NCBI RefSeq assembly: GCF_036365525.1
Contig: NC_090397.1
Location: 68,019,781 to 68,083,780, forward strand
Source of the DNA: Heterodontus francisci
Lineage: Eukaryota
DNA length: 64,000 bases
Direction of reading: 5' to 3'
The position numbers and the translations under genes are program-made. Shown here piece after piece: positions 63,673 to 64,000 of this stretch (the stretch's first letter is position 1; each line of letters starts with the position of its first letter). The notes below the pieces were generated by a model. It ran no database searches and was not told where the DNA came from. It saw nothing but the letters and a program-made list of their open reading frames with translations.

Positions 63673-64000
63673 GGAGGTTTGGGGAGAGGAAGGTGACCAG
63701 ACTGGTCTGAGGGCTGCTCCACAGCTACCCAGATGACTGCAGGAAATTACACTATCATGTGTACCTGCACGCCAGAGGATGGGCTAATAGTGATGGGTTT
63801 TTGGCTGGTATCTTTTGGCTGGCAAAACCAACTCACAATATAGAAAAGGGCTCTTTTTATCTACAAGAGGGTAAAACTGCAAACTGTACAAAGTCATTCA
63901 TAAACTTGGTGTTAGTCTTTGCTGCCTCCGATTTGGCCTGAAGATGAATCCTGCATCTGACTTGGATTTAGCCAGGACAGAATCCATATACATACATTAG

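Noticed and set aside
592-63941. Most ORFs in the six-frame track as independent genes
   Set aside because: They are LINE ORF2 fragments, antisense frames of repeats or short AT-rich noise; only three ORFs (20010.., 33535.., 45758..) contain real UPF2 exons in frame.
57029-64000. Next upstream UPF2 exon (end of MIF4G-3)
   Set aside because: No matching peptide found; it presumably lies outside the window.
1-64000. CRISPR arrays, operons or other prokaryotic systems
   Set aside because: The sequence is a eukaryotic intron-exon locus; no regularly spaced repeat-spacer array was seen.

Overview
Vertebrate genomic DNA, most likely a cartilaginous fish (shark), inferred from HE1/V-SINE, SacSINE1-like, CR1, L2 and Penelope-like repeats. 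The only host gene I can support is the 3' end of UPF2 (NMD factor) on the minus strand. It has seven GT-AG coding exons (57028-56868, 53336-53238, 45910-45812, 33786-33616, 20186-20045, 11717-11597, 1818-1809). They splice in frame to about 266 C-terminal residues ending ...DLIFKTGGRRR*, covering the acidic linker and the UPF1-binding region. Upstream exons lie beyond the window. The introns hold nested, mostly decayed retroelements (CR1, a second CR1-group LINE, L2, RTE, SINEs, a solo LTR) and GC-rich MITE-like elements; nearly all ORFs in the supplied track are TE fragments or noise. Three signals stand out. (1) A complex UPF2 3' end with a candidate 3'-UTR intron 302 nt after the stop, a candidate alternative last exon, a stop hidden in a splice donor and a candidate frameshifting cassette exon, together suggesting NMD autoregulation. 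(2) Tiny TSD-flanked Penelope-like insertions that carry or end at a minimal hammerhead ribozyme motif. (3) A perfect 107-bp copy of local intron sequence fused to the 5' end of a SINE. None of this is verified by transcript data or database search; repeat boundaries are approximate and family names are by-eye assignments.
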